From an uncultured Acidobacteriota bacterium (lineage in GTDB: Bacteria > Acidobacteriota > Vicinamibacteria > Vicinamibacterales > UBA2999): a stretch of DNA of 64,000 nt. Below, one piece after another: positions 11,464-21,175 of the stretch. The DNA is taken from NCBI GenBank assembly GCA_963815285.1, contig CAWFGB010000012.1, positions 194,777-258,776 on the forward strand. The letters run 5' to 3'. Position 1 is the first letter of the stretch. The number at the start of each line of letters is the position of its first letter. The position numbers and the translations under genes are program-made. The notes below the pieces were generated by a model. That model made no database searches, was not told where the DNA came from, and saw nothing but the letters and a program-made list of their open reading frames with translations.

Positions 11464-14363
11464 CCTCGACACACATCCGTCACGCAGCGTCCGTCATCGC
11501 CATGAGCCTGCTGTGGCTCTCCTCGAGTGCCGCACAACAGCCGAGGCCGTTGGAGCCGCAGGAGTATGGCCGCTGGGAACAGCTCGCCGCACAGCGAACT
11601 CCGCTGTCCCCTGATGGACGATGGCTCGTCTACGGCATCACGCGGTCGAATCGCCAGAACGAGCTGCGCGTGCAGCCCAGCCAGGGTGGCCCTGCCACGG
11701 CCATCGCCTTTGGCGAACAGCCGGCGTTTTCGGACGACTCGCGCTGGCTGGCGTACCTCGTCGGCTTCTCCGAGGAGCAGGAAGCGAAGCTCCGCAAGGA
11801 AAAAAAGCCACTGCACAAGACCTTTGGCTTGCTCGAGCTGTCAACCGGCAAGACGACGACGGTGGAAGGCGTCGAATCATTTTCCTTCAGCCCTGACGGC
11901 GCACACCTCGCGTTGCGCCGCTACGCACCGGAATCGCGCGAGGCCGCGGGCGCGCCGCCGCCGGCCGCGGCGGACGATGCGCCTAGGCCCGGCACGATGG
12001 TCGTCCTGCGCGAGTTGACTACGGGACTCGACTCCACGTTTGGCTCGGTCTCGGAGCTAGCCTGGCAGGATGGCGGGACGCTGCTCGCAATGGCCATCAC
12101 GGTGGACGGCGGTGTCGGAAACGGCGTGCAGTTATTCGATACTTCGACCAGCCGCCTGCGTGTGCTCGATTCCTCGTCGTCCACTTACTCCGGGCTGACC
12201 TGGCGCAAGGATTCTGCGGCGCTCGCCGTGCTTCGCTCGTCAGAGTCTGACGCGCGCGAGGGCGCCAACCACGTCGCGCTGGTGTGGCCGGATCTGTTGA
12301 AGACACCCGAAGTGGTGCGGACGCTGGACGCGTCCGCCAATGGACAGCTGGCGCCGGACTTACGTGTGGTTCGCTATCGCGCGCCGCGCTGGTCGGAGGA
12401 CGGCGCCTTCCTCTTCGTCGGTGTGGGGCCATGGCCGCCGAAACCCGCTACGGCCCCTAGCGACGAGCAGCCACGAAGGATCGTGGCGACGAGCGACAAC
12501 CCCGACGAGCTTCCGGACGTGCAGGTGTGGCATCCCAAGGACTCCATCGTCATGCCGCGGCAGAAAATCGACGCGCGCCGCGAACGCGAGCGCTCCATGC
12601 TCGCCGCCTGGGGGGTTCATGACGGGCGTCTGGTGCGGATTGCCACGGCCATTGGCGAAGAAGCCACGCCGATTCCGCACACGGCCCGCGCGCTCGTCAT
12701 CGACACCAACGCGTTTGCGATGGCCCGCAGCATCGGCCGCGTCCGCGGACACGCCTGGATGGTGGAGCTGCGAACCGGAGCGCGTACCGACCTGGTCGAG
12801 GGAGTTGAGGATCGCTATCTGCAGGTGAGCCCCGGCGGCCGCTATGTGCTCTATCTCAAGGACAACCACTACTGGACCATTGACCTCGCACCGAGCGGAT
12901 CCGGGCAGACGCCGGGCAGCGCGCCCGGGCTTCAGCCCGGCCGCCCCATCAACATCACCGCCGCGATCAAGACGTCATTCATCGATCTCGAGTCTGACGC
13001 CACCGTCGAACAGAAGCCCTCCTTCGGCGTCGCCGGCTGGTCACGCGACGACCGATCGGTGCTGCTTTACGACAAGTTCGACATCTGGGAAGTCAACCCG
13101 GCTGGAGCCGCCGCAAACCGGCTGACCAACGGGGCGGCTGAGCACATACGCCATCGATACGCTCGCCTTGATCCCGACGAAGAGTTCATCGACCGCGCGG
13201 CGCCGATGCTCGTCTCCCGGTTCGGCCTGCGCTCCAAGAAGTCCGGCTACGCACACGTCAACGCGGGCCCTGGCGCCCCTGCTGTCACCTCGCGCGTCTG
13301 GCTCGACAAGCGCATCGATCGCGTGTTCAAAGCGAAGAAGGCGGACCGTGTCGCCTATGTCGTACAGGCCTTCGACGACTCGCCCGATTATTTCGTTGCC
13401 GATGCGACGATGGAGCAGGCCACGCAGGTCACGGGCACCAATCCCTTCATGGGCGACTACGCCTGGGGCCGCGCCACCACCATCAACTATCGCAGCCGGC
13501 AAGGCGCTGAACTCCAGGGGTCGCTCTTCTACCCCGCCGGTTATGAACCAGGCAAGAAGTATCCGATGGTCGTCTACATGTACGAGAAGCTGTCGGATGG
13601 CGTGCATCAGTTCTCGGTGCCTTCCGAGCGGGACTCCTACAACGCGGCGGCCTTCACTTCACGCGGATATTTCTACCTGATGCCGGACATCGTGTTCCGG
13701 CCTCGAGAGCCCGGCGTCTCGGTCGTGGACTGCGTCGTCCCCGCGGTCCAGCACGTCACTTCGATGGGCATCATCGATCCGGGGAAGGTGGGCGTCGTCG
13801 GTCACTCCTGGGGCGGCTTCGATAGCGTGTATCTCGCCACGCATACCGAGGTCTTCGCCGCCGCTGTGGCCGGTGCGCCGATCACGAACCTGGTGAGCAA
13901 TTACGGTAACCATCACTGGACCAGCGGCATCGCCGAGACCGATCACATCGAGACCGGACAGCAGCGGATGGAGGTGCCGGTTTATGAGGACCTGCAGGCC
14001 TACATCCGCAACTCCGCCGTCTATCGCGCGCACCTCATGAAGACGCCGCTGATGGTCATGTTCGGTGACAACGACGGCACGGTGCATTGGCATCAGGGCG
14101 TCGAGTTGTACAACATCGCCCGGCGCGCCGGAAAGCACGTCGTCCTGCTGCAATATGGCGGCGAAGATCACGGCCTACGCAAGCAGGCGAACCAGATCGA
14201 CTACCACCACCGTATCTTCGAGTGGTTCGACTACTACTTGAAGGGCGCCCCGGCGACTGCCTGGATCATCAACGGTGAACGCTTCGTTGACCGGGAGCGC
14301 GATCTTCAGCAACGGAAGTTGCCGGCGAAGGCGACGGCGACGACGCAAACACCACAGCCTTAG
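11460..14363 (+). CDS. Secreted S9-family serine peptidase (prolyl oligopeptidase/acylaminoacyl-peptidase-like) with N-terminal beta-propeller region
   Basis: The start was set to the ATG at 11460 (MTSTHIRHAASVIAMSLLWLSSSAAQQ, a signal peptide), which overlaps the coxE stop (ATGA). Nucleophile elbow GVVGHSWGG. The C-terminal alpha/beta hydrolase region includes ...MFGDNDGTVHWHQG. Confidence 0.85.
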   Translation: MTSTHIRHAASVIAMSLLWLSSSAAQQPRPLEPQEYGRWEQLAAQRTPLSPDGRWLVYGITRSNRQNELRVQPSQGGPATAIAFGEQPAFSDDSRWLAYLVGFSEEQEAKLRKEKKPLHKTFGLLELSTGKTTTVEGVESFSFSPDGAHLALRRYAPESREAAGAPPPAAADDAPRPGTMVVLRELTTGLDSTFGSVSELAWQDGGTLLAMAITVDGGVGNGVQLFDTSTSRLRVLDSSSSTYSGLTWRKDSAALAVLRSSESDAREGANHVALVWPDLLKTPEVVRTLDASANGQLAPDLRVVRYRAPRWSEDGAFLFVGVGPWPPKPATAPSDEQPRRIVATSDNPDELPDVQVWHPKDSIVMPRQKIDARRERERSMLAAWGVHDGRLVRIATAIGEEATPIPHTARALVIDTNAFAMARSIGRVRGHAWMVELRTGARTDLVEGVEDRYLQVSPGGRYVLYLKDNHYWTIDLAPSGSGQTPGSAPGLQPGRPINITAAIKTSFIDLESDATVEQKPSFGVAGWSRDDRSVLLYDKFDIWEVNPAGAAANRLTNGAAEHIRHRYARLDPDEEFIDRAAPMLVSRFGLRSKKSGYAHVNAGPGAPAVTSRVWLDKRIDRVFKAKKADRVAYVVQAFDDSPDYFVADATMEQATQVTGTNPFMGDYAWGRATTINYRSRQGAELQGSLFYPAGYEPGKKYPMVVYMYEKLSDGVHQFSVPSERDSYNAAAFTSRGYFYLMPDIVFRPREPGVSVVDCVVPAVQHVTSMGIIDPGKVGVVGHSWGGFDSVYLATHTEVFAAAVAGAPITNLVSNYGNHHWTSGIAETDHIETGQQRMEVPVYEDLQAYIRNSAVYRAHLMKTPLMVMFGDNDGTVHWHQGVELYNIARRAGKHVVLLQYGGEDHGLRKQANQIDYHHRIFEWFDYYLKGAPATAWIINGERFVDRERDLQQRKLPAKATATTQTPQP

Positions 14364-14364
14364 C

Positions 14365-14403
14365 GAGTTCAACGGTTCAAGGGTTCAAGGTTCACCGTTC
14401 ATG
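14365..14403. repeat. Short tandem repeat, GGTTCAA-like 7-9-bp units (about 5 copies)
   Basis: GAGTTCAAC GGTTCAAG GGTTCAAG GTTCACC GTTCATG. It fills the whole 37-bp gap after the peptidase stop and runs into the next ATG (14401). Confidence 0.85.
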
Positions 14404-14919
14404 GCGGCATTTACACTGTCCGCATTCCTCTGCGTCGTTGCCCTCTCCATCGGCTGGACGCAGCAGACGACGCCCGACTTTGCGGGCGAGTGGGGATTCG
14501 ACGCGACACTAAGCGACGATCGCGCGGCCGCCGATCGCCTGGTCGTAGTGCAAACATCCCGCATCATCACACTCCGGCGGACCTTGTGCTGCCGTCAGGC
14601 CGGCGAAGAGTGGACCACGACCTACCACTTCAACGAGTGGGGGCCGCGTGCTGCTCGACCGCTTCGAAGCTCCCCGACAACGGCGCGCGTGGACCGCAAG
14701 CCGACACAGGCACGGTGGGACGGCGCAGCGCTGCTCCTGCATGCCGGGCCCGAACTCGACCGGCAAGGCGGCAGCCTCCACATCTGGCGTTTGAGCGCCA
14801 GTGGGCAGCAGCTTGTCGAAGAGGTGATCAATCGCGGACTGGGCCTACGCTTCGACTTCAAAGAGGCATCCATCCCCAAGGGGTACGCCCGCGACCGGCA
14901 CGTTTACGTGAGGCGGTAA
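14401..14919 (+). CDS. Hypothetical small secreted protein
   Basis: ATG at 14401 gives MAAFTLSAFLCVVALSIGWTQQ, which looks like a signal peptide. 172 aa, with no motif I recognise. Coding status is supported only by ORF length and the signal peptide. Confidence 0.5.
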   Translation: MAAFTLSAFLCVVALSIGWTQQTTPDFAGEWGFDATLSDDRAAADRLVVVQTSRIITLRRTLCCRQAGEEWTTTYHFNEWGPRAARPLRSSPTTARVDRKPTQARWDGAALLLHAGPELDRQGGSLHIWRLSASGQQLVEEVINRGLGLRFDFKEASIPKGYARDRHVYVRR

Positions 14920-14921
14920 GA

Positions 14922-14942
14922 GGTTCACGAGTTCAACCGGTG
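14922..14942. repeat. Second copy of the GGTTCA/GAGTTCAAC repeat, immediately after the small ORF
   Basis: GGTTCAC GAGTTCAACCGGT. GAGTTCAAC(C)GGT also occurs at 14365-14377, so the small ORF is bracketed by direct repeats. Confidence 0.75.
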
Positions 14943-15016
14943 CCCGGATCCCGCCGAAGTCACCTCGCGGCCCGAGCGAGAAACCAACATCCGCGCGGCC
15001 CTTGGCGGACTGAGTT

Positions 15017-16696
15017 TTACGACTCGCGGTCGGTCACCGCACCTGTGCTGGCGCTCGACACCAGGCGCGCGTATTTGGCGAGCACACCTCGCGTGTAACG
15101 CGCCTTGGGCGGCTTCCACGCCTTGGCTCGAGCAACCAGCGTCTTCTTCGGCACTTCGAGCGTAATTGTCCGCGCGCGTGCATCGATGGTGATGACGTCC
15201 CCGTTCCTGACCAGGGCGAGCGGGCCGCCGACATGCGCCTCAGGCGTGATGTGCCCGACGACAAAGCCATGCGTGCCGCCGCTGAAGCGGCCATCGGTGA
15301 TGAGCGCCACGTCCTGGCCCAGGCCACGCCCCATGATTGCACTGGTCGGCGCGAGCATTTCGCGCATACCCGGACCGCCGCGCGGACCTTCGTAGCGAAT
15401 GACCACCACGTGGCCGGGACGAACGCGGCCGCGCAGAATCGCTTCCAGCGCTTGTTCCTCCGTATCGAAGACGGTCGCCTTGCCGGTGAACCGCTCGCCT
15501 TCCTTGCCGCTGATTTTGGCGACGGCGCCATCTGGCGCGAGGTTGCCGTAGAGCACCACGAGATGGCTATTGGCTTTGAGCGGCGCGTCAAACGATCGCA
15601 CCACGTCCTGGCCGGCGGGATAAGGCACGACGTCCTTTACATTCTCGCCAAGCGTGCGCCCGGTCACCGTCAACGTGTCGCCGTGAAGCAACCCACGCTG
15701 CAGCAGCATCTTGAGCAACGGCGTCACGCCACCAATGCGAACGAGCTCGGCCATTTCGTAGCGGCCGCTCGGCTTCAGATCAGCGAGCACCGGCACGCGG
15801 CGCCCCACCCGGGTGAAGTCGTCAATCGTCAGCTTCACGCGTGCGGCATCGGCAATGGCCAAGAGATGCAGGACGGCGTTCGTGGAGCCGCCGAGTGCGA
15901 CGACCGCGGTGATCGCGTTCTCGAATGACTTGCGGGTCAAAATGTCGCGCGGACGAATGCCGCGTTCGACCAGGTTCAGGACCGCGGCCCCCGCGCGCGC
16001 ACAATCCTCGCGCTTCTCCATCGAAATCGCGGCTTGCGCCGAGCTGTTGGGCAGACTCAAGCCGAGCGCCTCGATGGCCGAAGCCATCGTGTTTGCTGTG
16101 TACATTCCCCCGCAGGATCCGGCGCCGGGACATGCGTGCGCTTCGAGGTCGGCGAGATCGGCGTCGGTGATGCTGCCGGCGGCATGCTGCCCAACCGCTT
16201 CGAACACCGAAACGATATCGACGGGGCGATCCCTCCATCGTCCCGGCAGAATCGTGCCGCCGTAGACAAACACGGACGGACGGTTGAGCCGCGCCATCGC
16301 CATGGCGCACGCCGGCATATTCTTGTCGCACCCACCGATGGCGACGAACCCATCGAAACCTTCGGCGGCGATCACCGTTTCGATGGAGTCGGCGATGACT
16401 TCGCGCGACACCAGCGAATACTTCATCCCCTCAGTGCCCATGGAAATGGCGTCGGACACGGTGATGGTGTTGAAGATCGTCGCCTTCGCCCCGGCGCCGT
16501 CCGCACCGGCGGCGGCGTAGCGGGCCAGCTCGTCGATGTGCATGTTGCACGGTGTCACCTGGCTCCAGGTGGAGCAGACGGCAACCTGCGGCTTGCGAAA
16601 ATCCTCACGCGTAAACCCAACCGCGTGCAGCATGGCGCGACCGGCGGCGCGCGCGGGCCCGTCGAGTACCTTGGAGGAGTGCGTCCGCGAATTCAT
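15017..16696 (-). CDS. ilvD: Dihydroxy-acid dehydratase
   Basis: 559 aa with an IlvD/Edd pattern throughout: ...[16 protein letters not shown]..., ...GGCDKNMPA..., ...[14 protein letters not shown]... Confidence 0.95.
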   Translation of the reverse strand: MNSRTHSSKVLDGPARAAGRAMLHAVGFTREDFRKPQVAVCSTWSQVTPCNMHIDELARYAAAGADGAGAKATIFNTITVSDAISMGTEGMKYSLVSREVIADSIETVIAAEGFDGFVAIGGCDKNMPACAMAMARLNRPSVFVYGGTILPGRWRDRPVDIVSVFEAVGQHAAGSITDADLADLEAHACPGAGSCGGMYTANTMASAIEALGLSLPNSSAQAAISMEKREDCARAGAAVLNLVERGIRPRDILTRKSFENAITAVVALGGSTNAVLHLLAIADAARVKLTIDDFTRVGRRVPVLADLKPSGRYEMAELVRIGGVTPLLKMLLQRGLLHGDTLTVTGRTLGENVKDVVPYPAGQDVVRSFDAPLKANSHLVVLYGNLAPDGAVAKISGKEGERFTGKATVFDTEEQALEAILRGRVRPGHVVVIRYEGPRGGPGMREMLAPTSAIMGRGLGQDVALITDGRFSGGTHGFVVGHITPEAHVGGPLALVRNGDVITIDARARTITLEVPKKTLVARAKAWKPPKARYTRGVLAKYARLVSSASTGAVTDRES

Positions 16697-16746
16697 CGGT
16701 ATGAAAGAATACCCTTTAGCGGCTGGTCTTCAGAGCGGCCGGTCTG

Positions 16747-17136
16747 GTGATGAAAGACTGCGTTCGACTCGACGTCTGGCTCGACGTCGCCTGCCTGTTC
16801 AAAACCCGCTCCGAAGCCCAGCGTGAGTGCAAAGTGGGTCGCGTCACGGTCAACGGCGTCGTCGCCAAACCGCATCGCGATGTGCGTGTCGGTGACGAGC
16901 TGGTCATCTCGCGACCGGGTGGACGCAAACAGCTCCTCGTCGTGCGGGCGCTCGCCGACGAGCACATCGCCAAGGCGGTAGCGCGCGAGCTCTACGAGGA
17001 CCGCACGCCGCCGCCAACGGCTGAGGAGATCGAGGCGCGCCGGCTCGCCAGGCTGTTCCACGCGACCCAGAAACCGCCGCAACGCATGGACCGCCGCACT
17101 CAACGGAATGTCGCCAAGCGGAAGTGGACGACTTAA
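16747..17136 (+). CDS. S4-domain RNA-binding protein (Hsp15/HslR-like)
   Basis: VRLDVWLDVACLFKTRSEAQRECKVGRVTVNGVVAKP is an S4 alpha-L motif. The start is GTG 16747 or the adjacent ATG 16750. Confidence 0.75.
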   Translation: MMKDCVRLDVWLDVACLFKTRSEAQRECKVGRVTVNGVVAKPHRDVRVGDELVISRPGGRKQLLVVRALADEHIAKAVARELYEDRTPPPTAEEIEARRLARLFHATQKPPQRMDRRTQRNVAKRKWTT

Positions 17137-17145
17137 GATAAGGCC

Positions 17146-19869
17146 GTGAGCCCCCGGATTCTCATCTTCGCGGCGTTAGCCGTCATCTTCTTCGTCCTGC
17201 CGTCCGTGACGACGTTCCTTGCGGACTGGTTCTGGTTCGGTGAAGTCGGTTACCAGTCGGTCTTTGTGACCACGCTCACGGCCAAAACGTTGGTTGGCGC
17301 GGGCGTCTTTGTCGTCGCGTTTCTGTGGCTCGCCGCGAATCTCCGCCACGCGCTCAACGCCGCCAGCGCTGCCCCGGCGTCCTTCACCACTCGTGAGGGG
17401 TTCACGATTGTTTTGCCGACACGCGACCAGCTGCGCCCGTTGGCCATGCTGGCCGCAGCGGTGGCCGCCAGCCTGGTCGCCGTCTTTGCCGCATCTGAAT
17501 GGCTGACGGTCCTCTCGTGGTGGCACCGGACGGATTTTCCGGCTGCGGATCCCATTCTCGGCTACAACGTGTCGTTCTACATCTTCACGATGCCGGTGCT
17601 CGATCTCGCACGCGGCCTGTCGCTCGCGCTCATCCTGCTCGCGGCCGCCGGTGCCGCCGGCATCTACGTTTTTGCCGGCGAGCTCGCGTTGACGCCGTTC
17701 GGGCTTCGCATGGCGCCAGGCGTCCGACGGCATGGCGCGTGGCTCGCGGCGGCGTTGTTCCTCATCCTCGCTCTCGGCGCCTGGTTGGATCAGCCGCGCC
17801 AGCTGCTCACGACGTCCGGGATCATTCAGGGCGGTAGTTATGCCGATGTTCACGCGCGCATGCCGGCGGCGCTCGCACTAACCGCCGCGTCGCTGCTGGG
17901 AGTGCTGTTGTCGATTGGCTACGCCCTGGGTCGGGTCACCTGGGGCCTGGCAGGCGCGGCCGGCCTCTACGCCGTCGTGCTGTTGGGCGGCAGCTTGTAT
18001 GCCACCCTCATCCAGCGCTTCGTCGTCGCGCCCAACGAACAGGTCCGCGAGACTCCCTACATCGAGCACAACATCCTGGCCACGCGCCAGGCGTTCGCGC
18101 TCGACCGCATCGACGATCGTGAGCTGAGTGGCGACGCCGAACTCACCCGCGCGGATATCGAGCGCAATCGGGAGACCATCGACAACGTCCGGCTCTGGGA
18201 TCATCAGCCGCTGCTGCAGACCTTCGGCCAATTGCAGGTCATCCGGCCATACTACGACTTCATCTCGGTGGACAACGACCGCTACGACATCAACGGTCGC
18301 ATGCGCCAGGTGATGCTGTCGCCCCGCGAGCTCAACCCCGCGGCGCTGCCCAGCCGCACGTGGATCAACGAACGGCTCGTTTTCACGCACGGGCACGGCT
18401 TGACGCTCGGCCCGGTCAATCAAGTGGATCCGGAAGGCCTGCCGGTGTTGTTCATCCGCGACCTGCCACCGGTTTCCACCATCAACATGCCGATCACGCA
18501 GCCCAGCATCTACTTCGGCGAGCTGTCGAACGAATGGGTCATCGCCCGCACCCGGGCGCGCGAATTCCACTATCCCAAGGGCAACGACAACGTCTATGCC
18601 GATTACGAGGGGCGCGGCGGCGTCGGGTTGTCGTCCTTCTGGGCCAAGCTGCTGTTTGCCCTTCACTTCCGGTCGTATCAGATCCTGCTGAGCGACGACA
18701 TCAGCACGGAAAGCCGCCTCATCTTCGATCGGCAAGTTCGGACGCGCGTCTCTAAGATCGCCCCATTCGTCGTGCTCGACGAGGATCCCTATGCCGTTAT
18801 TCACGACGGGCGCATCTTCTGGATTCAGGACGCGTACACCATCTCGACGCGCTATCCCTATTCGGCGTCGGGCACGAATCGCATCAACTACATCCGCAAC
18901 TCGGTCAAAGTGGTAGTGGATGCTTACGACGGCACGGTAACGTTGTATCTGGCTGAACCCGGCGACCCTCTCATACAGACGGTCAGCAAGATCTTCCCGG
19001 GTCTGCTGCGGCCGCTCGACGAAATGCCGGCCGGGCTGCGTGCGCACATTCGTTATCCCGAAGGCATCTTCAACCTGCAGGCGGGCATGTACTCGACCTA
19101 CCACATGACCAACCCGGCGGTGTTCTACAACCGCGAGGATCAGTGGGACGTCCCGGCTATCGATCGCGGCACGGGCGAGACCGTGCGAATGGAGCCGTAC
19201 TACACCATCATGAAGCTGCCGGGCGAAGGCAGCGCGGAGTTCATCCAGATGCTGCCCTTCACGCCGCGGCGCCGAGACAATCTGGCCTCGTGGATGGTGG
19301 CGCGCAGCGACCCGGACAAGTACGGGCAGCTGCTGGTCTTCCGCTTCCCGAAGCAGAAGCTGGTGTTCGGCCCGAGCCAGGTCGTCGCGCGCATCAACCA
19401 GGACCAACTGATTGCACCTCAGATCACGCTCTGGAACCAGCAGGGCTCGTCCGTGATCCAGGGCACGCTGATGGTGATTCCGATCGAGGAGTCACTGATC
19501 TACGTGCGGCCGCTGTACCTGCGCGCACAGGGCGGGCGCATTCCCGAGCTGACGCGCGTCATCGTGGCGTATCAGAATCAGATCGTCATGGAGGCCACGC
19601 TCGAAGCCGGCTTGTCGCGTTTGTTCGGCGCCGTTGGCGGCGGCGAGGCCCCGGCGCCGGGCGCGGCGGCGGCGGTAGAAGCCAAACCGGCAGAACGGCG
19701 ACCCGAGCGCGAGGAAGGCGCGCTGGAACCGCAGGGAATGGCCGCGCTCGCCGCCGAGGCGCAGGCGACCTACGAGCGCGCGCTGGCCGCGCAGAAGGCC
19801 GGGGACTGGGCGCGCTACGGCGAGGAGATCCGGCGGCTCGGGGAGATCCTGGTGAAGATGCGGCAGTGA
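17146..19869 (+). CDS. UPF0182 family integral membrane protein
   Basis: 907 aa with an N-terminus ...FLADWFWFGEVGYQSVF... characteristic of UPF0182. It has multiple N-terminal TM segments and a large C-terminal region. GTG start. Confidence 0.85.
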   Translation: MSPRILIFAALAVIFFVLPSVTTFLADWFWFGEVGYQSVFVTTLTAKTLVGAGVFVVAFLWLAANLRHALNAASAAPASFTTREGFTIVLPTRDQLRPLAMLAAAVAASLVAVFAASEWLTVLSWWHRTDFPAADPILGYNVSFYIFTMPVLDLARGLSLALILLAAAGAAGIYVFAGELALTPFGLRMAPGVRRHGAWLAAALFLILALGAWLDQPRQLLTTSGIIQGGSYADVHARMPAALALTAASLLGVLLSIGYALGRVTWGLAGAAGLYAVVLLGGSLYATLIQRFVVAPNEQVRETPYIEHNILATRQAFALDRIDDRELSGDAELTRADIERNRETIDNVRLWDHQPLLQTFGQLQVIRPYYDFISVDNDRYDINGRMRQVMLSPRELNPAALPSRTWINERLVFTHGHGLTLGPVNQVDPEGLPVLFIRDLPPVSTINMPITQPSIYFGELSNEWVIARTRAREFHYPKGNDNVYADYEGRGGVGLSSFWAKLLFALHFRSYQILLSDDISTESRLIFDRQVRTRVSKIAPFVVLDEDPYAVIHDGRIFWIQDAYTISTRYPYSASGTNRINYIRNSVKVVVDAYDGTVTLYLAEPGDPLIQTVSKIFPGLLRPLDEMPAGLRAHIRYPEGIFNLQAGMYSTYHMTNPAVFYNREDQWDVPAIDRGTGETVRMEPYYTIMKLPGEGSAEFIQMLPFTPRRRDNLASWMVARSDPDKYGQLLVFRFPKQKLVFGPSQVVARINQDQLIAPQITLWNQQGSSVIQGTLMVIPIEESLIYVRPLYLRAQGGRIPELTRVIVAYQNQIVMEATLEAGLSRLFGAVGGGEAPAPGAAAAVEAKPAERRPEREEGALEPQGMAALAAEAQATYERALAAQKAGDWARYGEEIRRLGEILVKMRQ

Positions 19870-19882
19870 TATCGCACGAGCG

Positions 19883-21022
19883 ATGAAAGTCGTCGTCATT
19901 GGGGCCGGCGTCTTCGGTTCGTGGACGGCGAAATTTCTCGCCGACGACGGCCACACCGTCACGCTGGTGGACGCATTTGGACCGGCGAACGGCCGCGCAA
20001 GCTCCGCGGATTATTCCCGCGTCATTCGGGCGGGGTACGGCGCCGACGAGATCTACTCACGCTGGGCGACGGACTCGCTGACCGATTGGCAACGGCTGTC
20101 AGACATCTCGGGCCAGACGCTGCTCGCCCGCACCGGGGCGCTGTTCCTGGGCGAACCTGGCAACCCCTACGTGCTCGACACTCATCGCACACTCGACCGT
20201 CTCGGGCTGGCCGTGGAGCTGATCGAGCCGGCGCTGCTTCACGGGCGTTTCGCGCAGATTGCGACCGAAGGGTTGGGCGTCACGCTGTTCGAGCAGGAGG
20301 CGGGCGTGATTCGCGCTCGGACGGCGGTGCAGGCTCTCGTCAACACTCTGGTTCGCTCCACCGGGCTCACCTACGTTCAGGCACAAGTGGAACGGGTCGA
20401 TGAAGACAGGACGACATGTCGCGTTCGATCGGCCGACGGCCGGGACTTCGAGGCCGACGTCTCGGTCTTTGCCTGCGGGCCCTGGCTTGCCACGGTGCTG
20501 CCAGACGCCGTTGGCTCGCGTGTTCGAGCGACGCGTCAAGAGGTGTTGTACTTCGGCGTGCCACCGGGCGATGGGCGCTTCTCAGTTCCGCAATTGCCAG
20601 TGTGGATTGATTTCACCGCTGGCTTCTACGGCATCCCCGACCTCGACGCGCTTGGGTTCAAAGTGGGTATCGATCGACACGGGCCATCGATCGATCCGGA
20701 CCGGCTCGATCGTGTGGTCGACCCGGAGCTGGTAGAGACAACGCGGCAATGGATCGGGCGCCGCTTTCCGGCCATGCAGGGCGCCCCGCTCGTCGATGCC
20801 CGCGTCTGCCAGTACCAAAACACATCCTCCGGAGATTTCGTCATCGATCGCCATCCCGCGTGGCCAACATGCTGGATCGTGGGTGGCGGGTCAGGTCACG
20901 GCTTCAAGCACGGCCCTGCGGTTGGGCGACATGTCGCTCGGCTCATTGCCGGCACGGAGCGAGTGCAGGAGCGCTTCTCTCTCGCCACCAAAGCGACAAC
21001 CGCTGCCCGGACCGTCTTCTAA
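19883..21022 (+). CDS. FAD-dependent oxidoreductase (DAO family, sarcosine/N-methyl-amino-acid oxidase-like)
   Basis: N-terminal Rossmann motif MKVVVIGAGVFGSWTA and a DAO-like length (379 aa). Confidence 0.85.
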   Translation: MKVVVIGAGVFGSWTAKFLADDGHTVTLVDAFGPANGRASSADYSRVIRAGYGADEIYSRWATDSLTDWQRLSDISGQTLLARTGALFLGEPGNPYVLDTHRTLDRLGLAVELIEPALLHGRFAQIATEGLGVTLFEQEAGVIRARTAVQALVNTLVRSTGLTYVQAQVERVDEDRTTCRVRSADGRDFEADVSVFACGPWLATVLPDAVGSRVRATRQEVLYFGVPPGDGRFSVPQLPVWIDFTAGFYGIPDLDALGFKVGIDRHGPSIDPDRLDRVVDPELVETTRQWIGRRFPAMQGAPLVDARVCQYQNTSSGDFVIDRHPAWPTCWIVGGGSGHGFKHGPAVGRHVARLIAGTERVQERFSLATKATTAARTVF

Positions 21023-21124
21023 CCTTCGCACGTCACGTTGCCCTCAGCATTCGGCGCTCGGCTCGCAAGGCTGACAGCCTTCGGCTAATGGGGCGGGCAT
21101 TTAGTGTCGAGCCAAGCCCCTAGG

Positions 21125-21168
21125 GCCTGAGAGCCTGGGGCCTGAGCCCTGAGGCCTGGGGCCTGAAG
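21125..21168. repeat. Short tandem repeat, GCCTGRG 7-8-bp units (about 6 copies)
   Basis: GCCTGAGA GCCTGGG GCCTGAG CCCTGAG GCCTGGG GCCTGAAG, in the convergent gap between the oxidoreductase and the TonB receptor. The same unit recurs at 58461-58502. Confidence 0.85.
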
Positions 21169-21175
21169 AGCGGGA

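Noticed and set aside
9424-14363. MoxR + VWA + peptidase as a possible NTPase-dependent conflict or defence system.
   Set aside because: The VWA protein has the CoxE-type signature, and the pair sits directly after coxSLM. The standard cofactor-maturation role explains them. Only the coupling to the peptidase remains unexplained, and that is reported separately.
17878-19407. 509-aa ORF antisense to the UPF0182 gene. Similar long antisense or out-of-frame ORFs occur at 2038-3114(+), 22670-23695(+), 32030-33535(-), 46363-47529(+), 53888-55012(+) and 60751-61461(-).
   Set aside because: These are typical high-GC shadow ORFs. Their translations are Arg/Ala/Gly/Pro/His-rich with no recognisable motifs. 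Each is completely covered by a gene with clear family signatures on the other strand or in another frame.
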